This document shows, one piece after another, positions 51,950 through 63,123 of a DNA stretch of 64,000 nt. The DNA lies in the NCBI GenBank assembly GCA_013239625.1, contig MU056000.1, positions 8,800,970-8,864,969 of the forward strand. The letters run 5' to 3'. Each line of letters opens with the position of its first letter. The first letter of the stretch is position 1. Both the position numbers and the translations under genes were made by a program. Under the pieces are notes generated by a model, which ran no database searches, was not told the DNA's origin, and was given only the letters and a program-made list of their open reading frames with translations. Origin of the DNA: Lama guanicoe (lineage: Eukaryota).

Positions 51950-52240
51950 TGTGAATTAATCAAGAAAAGTTTATGGGCATCCATTATGTGCACTGAACTG
52001 TGGGAGGCACACACACGGGAGGAAATAAATTATGAACGGTATCACCCAACACTTCATTTGTAAAACAAAAAATACTTGTATTCACATGAAAATGGATTTT
52101 GCTGGGAGTCTGCTAGCGCTGTGCACAGAAAATGCACGTTTCAGAGTTCGTAGAAGAGAGAGATCAGGGTGAGGATGGTTAGGGAATATTCGTAGATGAC
52201 AAGACTTTGAAGAAAGAATACAATTTACAAAGTAAAGGAT
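51950..52240 (-). mobile_element. L2 3' fragment
   Basis: TTAATCAAGAAAAGTTTATGGGCATCCATTATGTGCAC...GAGAGATCAGGGTGAGGATGGTTAGGGAA. Confidence 0.6.
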
Positions 52241-54809
52241 TTTTAGTTAAATAAAACTTTCGAAATAACTATCAAAAAAGGAACGCTTCACTTATAATGG
52301 ACAACGGTGGTAGCCTTGGTGACGTGTATACACGCTAGAGATGCTTGAAGACCCTATTTTTCATTCAAATACCCACATTACCTCCATAGACTCACTCTAC
52401 TCTTTAAATAGAGCAAGATATGTACAAAATAAAACATGACAAACAAGGATCAAATTCAGCCTTGCAAATGACCAATTTGACTTCACATTTGATTGGTAAA
52501 ACTGGTCAGGAGAATCAAAGCCACCATAATGTACTGAATGTTTACCTAAAGCTTGTAGCAAAAGCTTATTTATTCCTCACCAGGGAATAGAGTTTGATAT
52601 TGTTACTTCTGTTATGGTTTGATATTGTTCATGTTTGATATTGTTACGTATAATATGCTCTTTTCTTCTTTTTGCATATTTTTACATTTGGGAAGGTGAT
52701 TAGTTTTGTTGCATGTTTGAACACCAGCACTGAAAGTAACTTATTAATCTTTTTTGCAAAATGCTGAATATTTTGTTTGGAACACAATATGTTAGAATAG
52801 TGACAGAGTCAGTAGGCGTGGCATTGTGGGATGGAGGGGGACTGTTAAAGAAAAGGCTGACAGGAATATCTTTGAAAAAATCCAGAGAAATTTTCTCCTG
52901 TGTACCCCTGACATGGAGAATCTCAGCTTCCTTGAGAAATAATGTTTCGTGGAAAATAGATTGTAGAAAACCCATTAATATCTTTCATTAGATCTTAGGT
53001 CACTGGTTAGAAGTTTATTTGTCATCGAGAATAATGACATATAATTTTCCTCTCCAGAGAGGAAAAACTACTCAATCATTCAGTAGGTACTATTACATTT
53101 TGGTGAATAGGTGTGGCAAAACCTCTTGTCATTTCAAGTCAGTAAAAGTACTTCTCTTAAAAATCCTGCTCACAAATTAAACAGTAAACAATCTCTAGAT
53201 GAATATACAGCATCCACTTACATTCATAAAAGTCAGTATGTTCCTAGATCGCTTATAATTTTATGTTACAGTTTTAAAATACGAACATCTAAAAATATTT
53301 ATTTGGATTCTCCTCAAAAATAAAGCCAGATAACAAAATGATGAGTTTCCCAATATGTGGAACATATTGAGATGTGCATACACATAACATGAGAAGTAGC
53401 ACTTCATCTAAAGAAAGGCTCTTGTAATTCTGGTTGTATGAGTCAAGTCCAATGAACTAGCCAAATTTTTTGAAGTCTGGGATGGACACTTTCACTGAAA
53501 AAGAGCCGTTATTTGCTGTAAAATCACAAATTGTATTTCAATTTCCTAATGTAAAAATCGTCTTATTTTGCACGGGCTTAGCTATTTTCTGGATTTTTTT
53601 TCTAACTAAATTTCTATAATGTAAAGCCCTACAGCCCACGTCTAAATCTTACAGCTAGATATAGTGTTCTTTAGGCCTAATACTTTCGTATACGTTGTAT
53701 CATACTTACTTTAATTATTAAAGAATTCAGCAATGCAATTTTTGCCTTCAGTTCTATTTATGAGTTGCCCTGCATGAGATATGTTGGAAATAAAGGCGTG
53801 TGACTTAATTATCTATCATCTGTTGAATATTACATGCTTGCAATGACAATGCCAACATTTCAAATGGCTTTATGGCACATTTCTCCAAAACTGAAGTCTT
53901 ACGTTCCCAGTTTGCAAATTCCGATAGATAAGCCAGGAATCAAAGAACGAGCACCACGCAGGTTGTGATTCTAGGCTGTAGATATCCCAATCATCAGGCT
54001 AATAAAGGTAAATTATTGTATGGAGAAGCCAACCCTCTTCACTTGTTTTGGAAGTCATTACGTGGGCTTTCGGCAGCAGATTTAACCCACCACGTAAGTT
54101 TTTGTAATGTTTGACGTATTTTTACATTTCCTTCCTATTCATTCACTTGAGGAAATCAAGAAAGTCTCAAGTACAGATCTGAGAGGCTGAAAGAATCCGA
54201 ACTTGGATTCAGAGTTTGCTACAGTTAATGGGAAGGGAGAAAACTGTAGGTTGAGTAATTATGAAAGTGAGAATTTACCTTCTGTAGACGATCATGCATG
54301 ATTTGCTAGCCATTCATCTGCTAGTTTTGTAAAAGAATCAGAGTCAAGGATACTTTTAAAATTCTCATCCACTCCTTGGCCTTATATCATTCTTGAATTT
54401 TTTTCCCTGAAAATAATTCAAGACTTTTAATATTTAATATTAAGATTTGAAAATGGTCACATTGGAATTCTGGTCACTTGTGGCCAAGGTGTTAGAGTGA
54501 ATCTTTCATTTCTCCAAAGAGCACGTGATGCAACTTCTGCTGTTAGAAATTTAGCTCCTCTGAAAGCTATCATTTTGTGTTGTGCCAATATTTTAGAAAT
54601 ATAACATTTTAAAAGTAGTCCTCCTTACAGCCAGGCAAATACAGCGTCAAGAGCATTGATTTATCAGGGGCATGACTCCAATTTAATGAACAGAATATTG
54701 ATTCTCACTTTTTTAAGACCCATAGTAATAATCTTTTTAATGTTTATAGCTTTAATCTTACTTTGCAGTATTTTAAAGTCATTTTGCCTTTTGATAAAGT
54801 TAGAGGAAA

Positions 54810-54960
54810 GTAAACAGGAGCCTGACAACCTTGGCTCAACCCTAGTCCCCACCACTTATTAACTTTATAGCCTCTGGGAAGCCATTTGGTTTCCCAAAGA
54901 GATTGTTGAGCTGTTTATCAAACGAGATCAAAATAAACTTTGTCTCTCGTGACTATAAAC
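54810..54960 (+). mobile_element. MIR SINE
   Basis: GGAGCCTGACAACCTTGGCTCAACCCTAGTCCCACCACTTATTAACT. Confidence 0.65.
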
Positions 54961-55206
54961 TGGATCACAACACATGATAATGCACATAAAATTCTGTTCA
55001 AACTTGTATTGTGAAAGCTATATTATAAAATTTCAGATAATTCCAGTGAATACATAGGAAGTTCACAGGACACATGACAAAAGAATTATAACCAAATTCA
55101 TAGTTCCTGCTCTAATGTGTCTGTTAGAATTGATTAATGAAAAAATATAATCTCTATAATCTTCTAGTTGCTTTAGTGGAATAAACATGAAATAAACACA
55201 CTTGTG

Positions 55207-55233
55207 CACACACACACACACACACACGCACAC
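55207..55233. repeat. (CA)n microsatellite, interrupted
   Basis: Read directly from the sequence. Confidence 0.95.
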
Positions 55234-55499
55234 TATATTATCACTGCCATGAAGCAGTTTACATTCTAGTTACAGGTGAAAGATGAGCCCTCACTTGGGG
55301 TCTGTACAGAATCCTATACAGTCAAACGTTAATTGGAGTGACGTATCCAGACAACATGCAGGATGAGATTTCAAGGTAAAGGCAACCTCTGTGGGCAGTA
55401 GTGTCTCCCGCCACGTTAGAGAAATCTTCAAGCACCCAACGCAGTGGCTGAGGTTTGCAAATCAGTTAGGGTCTCTATATACTTACCCCGGGCCCCATC

Positions 55500-55790
55500 C
55501 CTCACCAGTTTCCTCCCTGCTCTCTGATTTCCTGGCTCTCTTCTCCCAAGATTACTCTTGCCTGAAGCATCTTCCCTCTGCCTGAAATACTCTTTCTCAA
55601 GGAGGCACCATGACTCGCTTCCTCCCTTTAGTCAGGTCTCTGTTCCTATGTTCCTGGCACACAGCGCCTCCGGGGCTTCCCTGGATGAAATAGCTGCTCT
55701 GTCCTGAGCCAGCCCACTCTCTGCCCTTTCCCGACGCCGCTGTTGTCATAGCACCGATCACTCACTGAATATATGACGCCGGTTTTGCAA
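55500..55790 (+). mobile_element. L2 fragment, GC-enriched
   Basis: TTCCCTCTGCCTGAAATACTCTTTCTC...CATGACTCGCTTCCTCCCTTTAGTCAGGTCTCTG...TCATAGCACCGATCAC. Confidence 0.75.
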
Positions 55791-56179
55791 ACATTTGAGA
55801 GGTGAGTGCTATGATCTGCCAGTCCAGGTACTGAGAAATAGAGACGTCAACTGAATTTCTGATGGTGGCACATTCGACAGTGCCGCCAGGATTTGAGCTC
55901 TTTTAGACAAATATTCCAGAGTTTGATAATTATCCAGCTTTTCTAACTGAGATCAATGAGCACATAGTCCCGACATGACCCACTTTCGCCCACAAGCAGA
56001 CATTTCTAATCGCAGGTTATGTTTAAGTGAGAAAAATCACTTCTGACTAATATTTGGAATTCTTTAAGACTCATGTTTGGGAAGAACAGCTCAAGTGTTT
56101 ATCTCACGTTTCAATATTTTTTGTTCCTCCTTATAACGACTTGCTCAAACCTGTCATGCAGCAGAGTAAGTAGAAAACT

Positions 56180-56330
56180 GCGGCGGTTTAAAGAATGGAC
56201 CCTGGAACCAGAAGCCCGGGTGCCAAGCCCCCGGGGTGGCACCTGGGCAAATTCACTTACTCTCGGGGCCTGCGTTTCGTCAGGCTGGCTTTGCACGAAC
56301 ACAATATACATATTAGTGCAACAAGGTTGT
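56180..56330 (+). mobile_element. MIR SINE, GC-enriched
   Basis: GCGGTTTAAAGAATGGACCCTGGAACCAGAAGCCCGGGTGCCAAGCCC...CCTGGGCAAATTCACTTACTCTCGGGGCCTGCGTTTCGTCA. Confidence 0.7.
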
Positions 56331-56354
56331 ATTGCTTTGTACTGTATGTATTTG

Positions 56355-56478
56355 AGATACTTTAAAATTGCCTTTGTTTTAGAATAGATTTACATTGAAG
56401 TGGCAAAGGGACTTAAGAGATTTTCTGCCTACCCATCATCCAGCTTCCCTCGGTGTTAACATGCCACATCACTGTGGT
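56355..56478 (-). mobile_element. Old L1 (L1MB/MC-like) 3' end fragment
   Basis: TAGATTTACATTGAAGTGGCAAAG...CCAGCTTCCCTCGGTGTTAACAT. Confidence 0.65.
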
Positions 56479-56479
56479 C

Positions 56480-56688
56480 CTTAGAAAGTAGATTAGTGGT
56501 TGCGAGGGGCCAGGGGATATCTGAGGGCATAAGGGGTTGAAAACTAAAGCACACAAGGATTCTTTTAGAGGTGAGGAAAATATTCTAATATTGACTATGG
56601 TGATGTTTGTGCACATCTGTGAATATATTTTAAAAATTGTATATTTAAATAGGTGAATTGTACATAAATAACACTGTTTAAAAACTAG
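56480..56688 (+). mobile_element. L1MB-like 3' end
   Basis: AGAAAGTAGATTAGTGGTTGC...GGTGAGGAAAATATTCTAA...TGTGAATATA...GGTGAATTGTA. Confidence 0.85.
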
Positions 56689-56902
56689 ATAGACTGGGAT
56701 TTCAAAATTGTAGAACAGATAAACAAGATTACACTGTATAGCACAGGGAAATATACACAAAATGTTATGATAAATCACAGAGAAAAAAATGTGACAATGA
56801 GTGTGTATATGTCCATGTATGACTGAAAAATTGTACTGAACACTGGAATTTGACACAACACTGTAAAATGATTATGAATCAATAAAAATGTAAAAAAAAA
56901 AT
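56689..56902 (+). mobile_element. Young camelid-type L1 3' end with target-site duplication
   Basis: ATAGACTGGGATTTCAAAATTGTAG...CTGTATAGCACAGGGAAATATA...GACACAACACTGTAAAATGA...AATAAA and A tail; flanked by AAACTAG at 56682-56688 and 56903-56909. Confidence 0.9.
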
Positions 56903-57722
56903 AAACTAGGAAGTTCCTCCAAACATTACTTTAAATATTGAAATGTATGATTAGATCAGGTTAATCATATCTTGGAATGGATAGAGAACCACAGGGCTGT
57001 TGCATCACAGAGAAACTGAACATGCTGACATAAAGTGAGAATAGAAAATGTCTAGAAAATACAGTACGTGTAGATGCCCGCGGTTTAGGAGAGTGATTAT
57101 GTGACATTCCCTGATAGTATGACTTAGGATCACAACATGAGCAAAAGAGAAAGTGGGAGGGTGGACTTTCTGAATTCCAATGACAAGGCAGGTGACGTCA
57201 GCTGTCTGCCTGCCACAGGCTGGGTGGGGTTCAAGGAAGAACCTTTGTCTTCAGGCAGAAGAAACTAGGAAAAGAAGGGGAAATTTTTTTTTTAAAGAAA
57301 AGCTTTAGTTTTATCAGTATATTAGAATGAGAAATGAAAAGTTGGTCCTAAAGCTAAAAATCGAGTGATATACACAGGATCGTCAGGTTAGCAAAGCCCT
57401 AACATTTACGGTGCACTTACTTTGTTTAGACATGGGCTCATGGAAGAGAAGAGAAAGGTCAAGCGTGGCTATTTTGGGTTCCAGAAAATTTCCATCACAG
57501 ATCAGTATTGAAAAAGAAAGGAGGTCAGGAATTAACAATGTGAGATCCTCTTGTTATAACTTGATGTAAACTAATCAGTTTACTAGAGATTAGGGGAAGT
57601 GTCAAAAGGGAATAAAGGGACCCATCAGGGTGGCTTGCTTATAACCCACTTGAAATATATGGAATGTATTTTTTAAAGAAATCACTTTTAATCATACAGA
57701 AAAAATCATTTATTTCTGGTTA

Positions 57723-58605
57723 TGATCCCTTTTAGGTTCTTGGTTCTCTTTAGGACCCAATTCCAAGATGTGTATTTGTATGTGTGTGGGTGGAGGGGGG
57801 TGCTTTTCTACACCATCAATAAGCAATTCTGGGGCAGCAGCTGGATATCCTATAAGTCAACTCAATTCTGACACTCTACACAAAGATAGCCTCAGATTCA
57901 CGTTAAGGGTCCAGTCCTACGAGACTGTCCGGAGCTCCACACCACTTCAAATGTCAGTTGCAAACATAGGTTGTTACCTGTACTTCTGACCAACTAGCTA
58001 TAAATCAGAGATCCCTTAACCTCCTCCTTAAATTCGATTAATTCGCTAGAGAAGCTCACAAAAGTCAGAAAACATTTTCCTTAATGAATTCCTGGTATAT
58101 TATAAGAGGATATGTTAAAGGATACAGATAAACATCCAAATGGAAGAGATGCATAGGAGAAGGTTTGAGGAAAAGATGCAGAGCTTCCACACTTCTTGGA
58201 GGGCACCACTCTCCCCCAAGCCTCCACCTGTTTACCAATCTGAAAGCTCTTGAACTCAGCCCTTGTGGGTTTTCATGGAGGCTTCATTACAAAGATGCAG
58301 CTAATGAGATCCCCTGGCAACTGATTCAGCCTCGAGTCCTTCTCCCCTCCCTGCAGTTCAGGGTGTGGTACTGAAAGTTCCAGCCCTCTAATCACATGGT
58401 TGGTTCTCCTGGCAACAAGTTCCCATCCTCAGGTGTGGTCCAAAAGTCATCTCATTAAGACACTCTTATGGCTCTAATCACCTAGGAAATTCCACGAGTT
58501 TTAGAAGCTCTGTGCCAGAAACAGGGATAAAAATCAAACATATGTTTCTAAATACTATTTGATAAAAATCAAATATATATTTCTTATTATAAATTACAGT
58601 ATCAC
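57723..58605 (-). mobile_element. MER21-like solo LTR
   Basis: CAGCTGGATATCCTATAAGTCAACTCAATTCTGACACT...CTTCTGACCAACTAGCTATAAATCAGAG...GAAGAGATGCATAGG...ATATTTCTTATTATAAATTACAGTATCAC. Confidence 0.85.
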
Positions 58606-58854
58606 CTGATCTTACTCCTAAAGTGACATTTCTTAATCAGTTACTGATAGCCATGTCATATTTATACTCTTAAAATTCTATTGATGATGGCGAGTTAGCA
58701 TCAAAAATATAAAAATGGTTAAATAATTCTGAAAACTAAATTTTTGAGTCACATGTTTGTTGGGAGGAAGGTTCTTGATGCATCTTCTTGTGGAAAATAG
58801 AAACATTAGTGGTTGAATAAAATTTGGCATAGAATTAAAAGAGCTGTTTCAATA

Positions 58855-59938
58855 CATTTTATTTATTTTTTATTGAGGTATAGTTGATTTACAATATTAG
58901 TTTTAAGTGTACAACATAATTCAAAATATTTATAGATTATATTCCATTTATAGATTTTATAGATTATATTCCATTTATAGTTATTATAAAATATCGAACA
59001 TATCCCGTGTTGTACAGTATATCCTTGTAGCTTATTTATTTTATATGTAGATGTTTATACCTCTCTCTGTACCCCTACCCCTACCTTGCCCCTTCCACCT
59101 TCTTTCTCCCCACTGGTAACCACTACTTTGTTCTTTATATTGGTGAGTCTGTTTCTTTTTTGTTATATTCACTAGTTTATTTTTTAGATTTCACATATTA
59201 GGGATAACCCATATAGTATATGTCTTTCTCTGTTTGATTTATTTCATTAAGTTTAATACCTTCTAGGGCATTCATGTTGCAAATATCAAAATTTCATTTT
59301 TTACCGCTGAATAATATTCCATTGTATTTGTATATCATATCCTTTTTATCCGTCCCTCTGTTGATGGACACTTAGGTTGCTTCTATATCTTGGCTATTGT
59401 AAATAATGCTGCTGTGAACATTGAGGTGCATGTATCTTTTCAAATTAGTGGGTTTTTTTTTTTTTGCTTTTTCATTTATGTATATATACGCAGGAGTGGA
59501 ATTACTGGTAGTTCTATTTTTAGTCTTTTCAGGGACCTCCATACAGCTTTCATAGTGGCTGCACCAATTTACATTCCTACCAACAGTGTACAAGTGTTCC
59601 CTTTTCTCCACATCCTCGCCAACATTTGTTATTTGTGTTATTTTTGACGATGGCCATTCTGACATGTGTGAGGTGATATCTCATTGTTCTTTTGATTTAT
59701 AATTCTCTGACGATTAGTGATGTTACGCATCCTTCCATGTGCCTGCTGGCCATCTGTATGTCTTCTTTGCAGGAATGTCTATTCAGGTCTTCTGCTCATT
59801 TTTCAATCCGGTTGTTTGTTTGTTTTTTTTTTTCTTTTTTTGGTAGTGAGTAGTATGAACTGTTTATATATTTTCAATATTAATACCTTAACTGATAGGT
59901 CATATCATTTGCAAACATTTTCTCTCACTCAGTAGGTT
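58855..59938 (-). mobile_element. 5'-truncated L1 (3' UTR plus ORF2 C-terminus), about 1.1 kb
   Basis: T tail, GGTATAGTTGATTTACAATATT, TTGATGGACACTTAGGTTGCTTC, GGCTGCACCAATTTACATTCCTACCAACAGTGTA, GGCCATTCTGACATGTGTGAGGTGATATCTC. Confidence 0.93.
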
Positions 59939-60719
59939 AATGATAATGAAATATTGCTTCAACACCTGAAAATGTCCAGCATCTGATGAGGTTTTTAATG
60001 CACAAGTATTTAACATAACATTTTTCACAAAAAAGTGGGCAAACCAAATGGATCCTTGGGAATGAAATATTTCCACTTTAATAATTATTTAGCAGGGTGC
60101 TTTTGAATCCCCCAAGGAATAGTTTATATTCAAACAAACCTAGGAATTTATCCTCCTGATTTCTAGTATTCCCCACCTCTTATTTGAGGCAAGATAATTC
60201 TTCTTGAGAAAAGTCAAATAATTTTAGTGTTAGAATTCTTACCTAAGCTCAATTATACAGAATGTTATAAAGAAGGTTAGGAAGATGGAAACTATCAGAG
60301 TTTGCTTCATTTTCAATTGCTTTAATATCCCAAAGTGTCATACGTATAAAGTGTGTGTTGAGTAGGATGATGGCATTTGTGATTTGATATAGTGAAGGAT
60401 TTTTGAGCCATTTTACCTTTTGACAATCTAAATGATCTTGTCTGTTTTACAGATTAGCTTGGTGGCAGAAGACAACTTACTTAATTACTGGTTATGGCTT
60501 TCTTCTTATGCCTGTCAGCTGTGAATAGTATAATTATAAAATGTGTAGGTACAGTGAAAAGGAAAAACAGAAACTCATTGATATAACTTGAGGAAAGTAA
60601 ATTATGCAGGGTTGCTTTAAGGTGGGGTGAAAAGTGGAGAAATATACCAACACAGGATGCTTAATGTTCCATATGTGTGAAACACACAGCTAAAAAAAAT
60701 GTATTATTTTGTTGTATTT

Positions 60720-61210
60720 TGCCAAAAATTAATACTTGTTCTCCGATATCTGTCCTATCTCCATTTACAACAAGTAAATGTATTTGAAACCTATATCTGT
60801 AAACAAGAACAAAAGGAGATTGAATTATATACCATATACCCTATGGTACACAATGGATGCAAGCTATTTAAATGAAAAAATATCACATCTGAAGCCAGTT
60901 ATGTCTCCATACTGTAGAATTAACTTCCCATATTTTCATATATTATGTTTGAAAATAACATAAGACTTGATTGGAGCTTGCATCCTTTCTTGTATTGCCT
61001 AGTATAGCCAAGCTAACTCAGATGGGGGCTTTGGTGATACAGTATTATTTGTCATACTTCTTATTTTAAAGAGAAAAAAATAATTTTATTTCTTTGGATT
61101 CTTTAAAAGCTGACCTCATATTAATAATTATACTTTGCTGAAATTTTTCTGGCACATCTGTGCCAAAAATTAATACTTGTTCTCCGATATCTGTCCTATC
61201 TCCATTTACA
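60720..61210 (+). repeat. Exact 50-bp dispersed direct repeat (60720-60769 and 61161-61210)
   Basis: TGCCAAAAATTAATACTTGTTCTCCGATATCTGTCCTATCTCCATTTACA occurs twice, 441 bp apart. Confidence 0.97.
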
Positions 61211-61336
61211 TATGTTCCTTTACAAGTATTTTATTGACAGCAGCATTATTCATGGTTCAAACGCACAGAAGAGCCAGAGTGAATAACTGTGACATGAATA
61301 CAACCTTGTGACCACCCCCTCCACCACCACTCAGGC

Positions 61337-61720
61337 TGTGTAAGGCTGGGCTTCCGGCAAGCACAGAGAGGCGCAGGGATTTGAATGCACCTGGTTTAGG
61401 AAGAAGTGCTCTTCAGGAAAATCTGGGAGGGAGGGATGGAGGCATAGGGGGACTGAATTAAGGACATGATCTTAAGAAAAGTTTTGGCCTGGCTCTATCA
61501 ATAGGAAAAGGGTTCTGGACTATGGAGTCTGTACTGCCATGCTTTCCCCTTTGAAGCCAGGTGCGTCCCTGTGAATAAAGCGAAAAGCTTGCTTTTCTGG
61601 TGGGAGGGCTCCTTTCTGATGAAGACGGGTTTCCAGAGAAGAGGTGTAGCTGTGAGAAATAGGAAGCCAGTATTTCCAGCAACTGAGGGGTAAGTGAGCC
61701 AGGACCCTCGCGGGGCACCA
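61337..61720 (-). mobile_element. ERVL LTR (LTR33-like)
   Basis: TGTGTAAGGCTGGGCTTCCGGCAAGCACAG...AGGGATTTGAATGCA...GCTGTGAG...CCAGCAACTGAGGG...GGGGCACCA. Confidence 0.7.
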
Positions 61721-61774
61721 GAGGCTGTCCTCTCCAGAGGTTAACGAGTAGAATTATTCTCAGAAGTGATACTG

Positions 61775-62002
61775 GTCTTCTTCACAGCATGGTGATCTCT
61801 GGGGACCTACAGCTGGCTTCTCTTAGGGGAAGCAGAAGCCCCCGACCTCTTAAGTTTAGGTCCTGTATTGATAGTGTCACTTGCAATACATTCTATCAAT
61901 CAAAGAAAGTCACAAGGCCAGCACTGATTTAAGATACGTGGTGTCCGTGTTAGAGACGGGAGGGAGAAATTACTGAACTATTTAGCGTACTGTCTAAAAC
62001 AT
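61775..62002 (-). mobile_element. MLT1-type LTR fragment
   Basis: CTTCACAGCATGGTG...AGTGTCACTTGCAATACATTCTATCAATCAAAGAAAGTCACAAGGCCAGC. Confidence 0.65.
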
Positions 62003-63123
62003 TAAGTATGATTTTTATTGCAAATGTTTGGTAGGTAACCTTCTCCTTTTTTTCAGGTGAAAAAGCAACCTCACAATACACTGAATTTTCCCAGAGAGCT
62101 TTGCCTGGAAGATAACATCAGCTTCCCTTCTCGACTGTGAATCTGGGTTAAATCCCATCAGTTGAATCAAAGCCCTCCTTCCCTCCCTAGGGCTGGGTAG
62201 GACACGGCATCACAGGCATGCACGCAACACAGCCTTAACAGTTTGATCCCCATTCCTCCCCAAGATTCCTCCGCATCTTACATAGATTCTCATGGCCTTT
62301 CGTTCCCTTTTGGGACCAAGAGACTTCACTCCTACCCCTAATCATTTTTCTCCTCAAGAAAGCTCCTGTCTGGGTAAAGGGGCGGAGGTATCAGGAAGGC
62401 ATCAGTAAGCAAACACTCAGGTTTGACCGGCCTGGGGATTGTATGCGGCAGGAACAAATGCACATTCATTTAGCTCACCCAGAACTCCCAGTCAGGTGGG
62501 AAGATGGAAAGATCATCACTACTGTTTCTCTTGCAGCTTTGGGGATCCCTTCCTTCAACAGTCACATTCCTGTCTGGCTAGGCTTTGCCATATACTTTTT
62601 ATTTTAGTAACTCGGGCTCAATTTATATAGCAGGGACATTTTCTAAAAGAAGTACACCCTAACTGGAGTCTTTTTCATCCAATTTTCATAATAACAGCTT
62701 TTATATTTCCCCCCTTTTAGTATGAGTGAGGGGAGTTTTCGGAAGCAGTGGAGCCGGCTGCAAGTCTTTATCTCGATACTTGGACTCAATTTCTCATTTT
62801 CCAGTGGGTAATCTTTGTTAGTTTGTAATCCTAATATGAGCCAGTAAGATCCAACTAGTAGTCAATGTCTCGTTTGTTGTTTCCCACAGGAGTCTGTCTG
62901 TCTCGGGGAAGTCTCCTCCGAGACAGTCAAAGCTCCTTCACAGGACAATCTGCGAAAAAAAAATGAGAACTTTTAATTTTGTCTGTGAGTAGATCTAAGG
63001 TTAGCATGTAGGCTGCAGGAGGGACGGAGATGTATGTTGGTCTGTTTCCATCCTTTCTTACCAAATATTACACTCCCTGGCCTCTGGTCTCTAGGCCAGC
63101 CAGCCAAAGTTCTCATGGATCAC

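Noticed and set aside
54522..54534. Overlapping CACGTG E-box and TGATGCAA (C/EBP-ATF) motif
   Set aside because: Short motifs expected by chance without conservation data.
56355..56688. Oppositely oriented L1 pieces as a twin-priming inversion
   Set aside because: Both pieces look like extreme 3' ends of different subfamilies, which does not fit a single inverted insertion.
59372..59935. ORFs with L1-like peptide fragments
   Set aside because: Frameshifted remnants of L1 ORF2 and antisense frames, not a gene.
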